Positions 61,424-64,000 of a stretch of 64,000 bases of DNA are shown here, piece after piece. Each line of letters begins with the position of its first letter. Positions within the stretch are counted from its first letter, which is position 1. This DNA is from Eledone cirrhosa (taxonomy: Eukaryota), in NCBI GenBank assembly GCA_964016885.1, contig OZ024757.1:17546001-17610000 (forward strand), written 5' to 3'. The position numbers were made by a program, and so were the translations under genes. The notes under the pieces were generated by a model. That model was not told the origin of the DNA and ran no database searches. It was given only the letters and a program-made list of their open reading frames with translations.

Positions 61424-62297
61424 CATCATCATCATCATTTTACGTCTGCTTTTCCCTGCTTGCAAGGGTGGGACGGGTCTTATTCAGCACAGCATCTCTC
61501 CACTCGTCACGGTCCCTCGTCATCTCCACCGTGAGCTTCAATGATCTGAGGTCTGTTCTCACCACCTCCGCCCATGTTTTTCGTGGTCTACCTCTACCAC
61601 GTCTTCCTTCAACTGGCATTTCCTGGCACTTCTTCACCCATCGGTCATCCTCCATGCGCATCACATGTCCATACCACCTCAGTCTCCTCTCCCGAACACT
61701 ACATTCTATCCCTCTCAGACACAGTTTCTCTCTCAACACATTTATGCTGGGTCGTTCACGCACATTTACACTGCACATCCAACGGAGCATGCTTGCCTCA
61801 TTTCTCTCCAGCCGTCGCATATCTTCTGCGGTAGCTGCCCATGTCTCACTACCATGCAGCATCGCGCTCCTCACACAGGCATCATACAACCGGCCTTTCG
61901 TACGCAGGGAGAAACCCTTCTTCGTCAACAGAGGAAGAAACTCCCTAAACTTCTTCCAACCCGTCCTTATTCTAGATACTATGGCCTCAGAACACCCTCC
62001 TCCCATGCTAATCTGATCTCCTAGGTACCGGAAGCTATCCACCACTTCTATAGCGCCCTCTCGCATTTGAAAAATGTGTCTATCAGTGCGACTTCTACTG
62101 TCTAATTTCCCTGTACATCTACTGCATACATATTTCTCCCTACCTGTTAGTTTGCCTGCTATCCCGCTACATCTCTTGTGTACCCAGGACCTACATTGTG
62201 TGCATTTTATAGAATTTATGCCAGTTCCTTTTCTGCATATCGAACATGGCCATTTCCCTGACGGAATCAGGGTTTTGTCCTCTTTTCTACTCATCAT
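61424..62297 (-). mobile_element. 5'-truncated RTE-A
   Basis: 285-aa open frame ending PTLASREKQT; (CAT)n tail. Confidence 0.92.
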
Positions 62298-62999
62298 TTC
62301 TATATATATATATTAATTTCGAAAATACTAGGATTTTGTACAGCACAATTAATATGTAAGTAAATATACTTACTTAAGCTGATCTGTTTCTTAATAAAAA
62401 AAATAAGAATACGGTAACATGAAAACTAGAACGGCAGGAACTCAGGTGCCGGGGTACCGAATTGTTCAACCCGTTTGTAGGTTGGAAACATCAATTGAGA
62501 AATATTTATTACATTCTATCTTAAACATTTAAAATTAAATCCACGCTTGAAACCGTCCTGGTTTTATAAAACAATATCTCTACTAACATAATATAATAAC
62601 TTCTCTTCAAATAATGTTCTAAACACCAGAGAAATATTACTGGACTAAGTTTATTTGTTGTCGTTACATATGACCAATACCTTATTATAGGTTAACTGGG
62701 AGTTATACTAGATTAATTATTGAGGGAGTTACGTTGGACATGATGGAGAAGACATTGCACTGGCGAAGGTGATGCACTTGGACGGCCACTCTACCTCGCA
62801 CGGCTGCTACCTGAACGCACCAGGTTGCCACTATAGATGGCCGAGTTGGTTCCATATCGTGTAAGTCATCTCAGCAATTTATAGACTTTGATAATAATTT
62901 TCCAAGAAGCATGAAAAGTCCCCCAAATGATTTCACACAGGCAACTGATCTGAGCATTCCCAAAATTAATTAAAATGCGTGGGTAAGAATACGAGCAAT

Positions 63000-63105
63000 T
63001 ATCTCAGTGTATTACTGGTACATTATTTTATCAACCCCGTAAGGATGAAAGGCAAAGTTAACCTCGGAGGGATTTGAACTATGACCCTCTGCCAATCCAC
63101 CGCCC
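63000..63105 (-). mobile_element. Nin/Deu-domain SINE fragment
   Basis: GGATGAAAGGCAAAGTTAACCTCGG matches the copy at 11055-11245. Confidence 0.65.
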
Positions 63106-64000
63106 TAGAGCTGAATAATAAAAATGTTAACACTGATCATGATAAACACTATATTGATTGCTGAAGGAGTTCTCTGAATTTGGATGCAATAATACCCGCA
63201 TACCTGGTCCTGACTTCCTTATCTACCAACGCTTGCCACTTTAGTCTGTAGGTTTCCCTGGATCTGCCAGGTTTGTGGGCTTCTAAGGCTTTATGTAGTC
63301 TCAAGCCACAGATAACTAGATGCTGATCAGTTGACAGCCCCCTCTCTTAATACGAACAGAATCGTAAAGCTCAGAGACAATAACAAAATCAATTATTGAT
63401 GTGATGTTATGAAGGAACCTAAAAATAAAATGTTTCAATGAAACTATTCAACATAAAATAAAGCTATACTTTACCTTCATAAACCTGGAAAAATCCCAGT
63501 TTTTAACAGTTATTCGAGGGTTCGGAAAATATGGAAATCTTTACGCAGCCATTTTTTTCCCCTAGATAAATATATACAAAACACGCATGTGCAATAAATA
63601 AATATATATATATGTGTGTATCTACATATATATATTTATTTGTGTATATATGAATATATACATGTGTGCATATATATATATATATATATATGCATTTATA
63701 TACAAATATATTATTAATATATTTGTATATAAATGCATATATATATACACACATATGTATATATGAATATATACATAAATAAATATGCATGGGAAGTCCC
63801 ATGAAAGAAACTGGGAGAAATGGTGAGATTTTACGTAATGAAAAAGAAGACATCATCGTCGGACAGTGACAGTTGACAGAAATGATATATATTTGTTTGT
63901 ATATACGTAAATATATGTATTTTCATAATTTGTTGAAAGAAATATATTTTATTGAACCGAAATGAATAGAAGTAATTCTTTATTATTTCTCGTAATAAAA

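Noticed and set aside
62725-62880. Possible host exon or CRE 3' remnant on the minus strand
   Set aside because: Only weak similarity to 48470-48540; too short to call.

Overview
AT-rich, microsatellite-dense animal genomic DNA, very probably octopus/cephalopod (inferred from the SINE families and the style of C2H2 zinc-finger gene). Only one credible host gene is present: a minus-strand 19-finger C2H2 ZNF with its CDS in one exon (29920-31629). The rest is mobile DNA: three RTE-clade LINE subfamilies (called A, B, C here) with a PHD-like finger inside the RT, three dead hAT transposases, CRE, Tx1 and Penelope fragments, tRNA-derived SINEs, a solo LTR, and a compact LTR retrotransposon (38237-42282) with two decayed relatives. 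Main points of interest: (i) the LTR element has no TGG-type primer-binding site; the 12 nt after its 5' LTR match the 5' END of tRNA-Phe, it has a clear -1 frameshift signal, and it is flanked by a ~1 kb direct duplication instead of a short TSD; (ii) several minimal type-I hammerhead ribozyme motifs, two of them inside near-perfect foldback palindromes upstream of the ZNF exon; (iii) a multi-step inverted duplication that starts at a hAT terminus; (iv) an old colinear duplication suggesting the window spans one and a half units of a ZNF cluster. All coordinates and alignments were read by eye; repeat boundaries may be off by tens of bases, and family names come from recalled motifs, not database searches.
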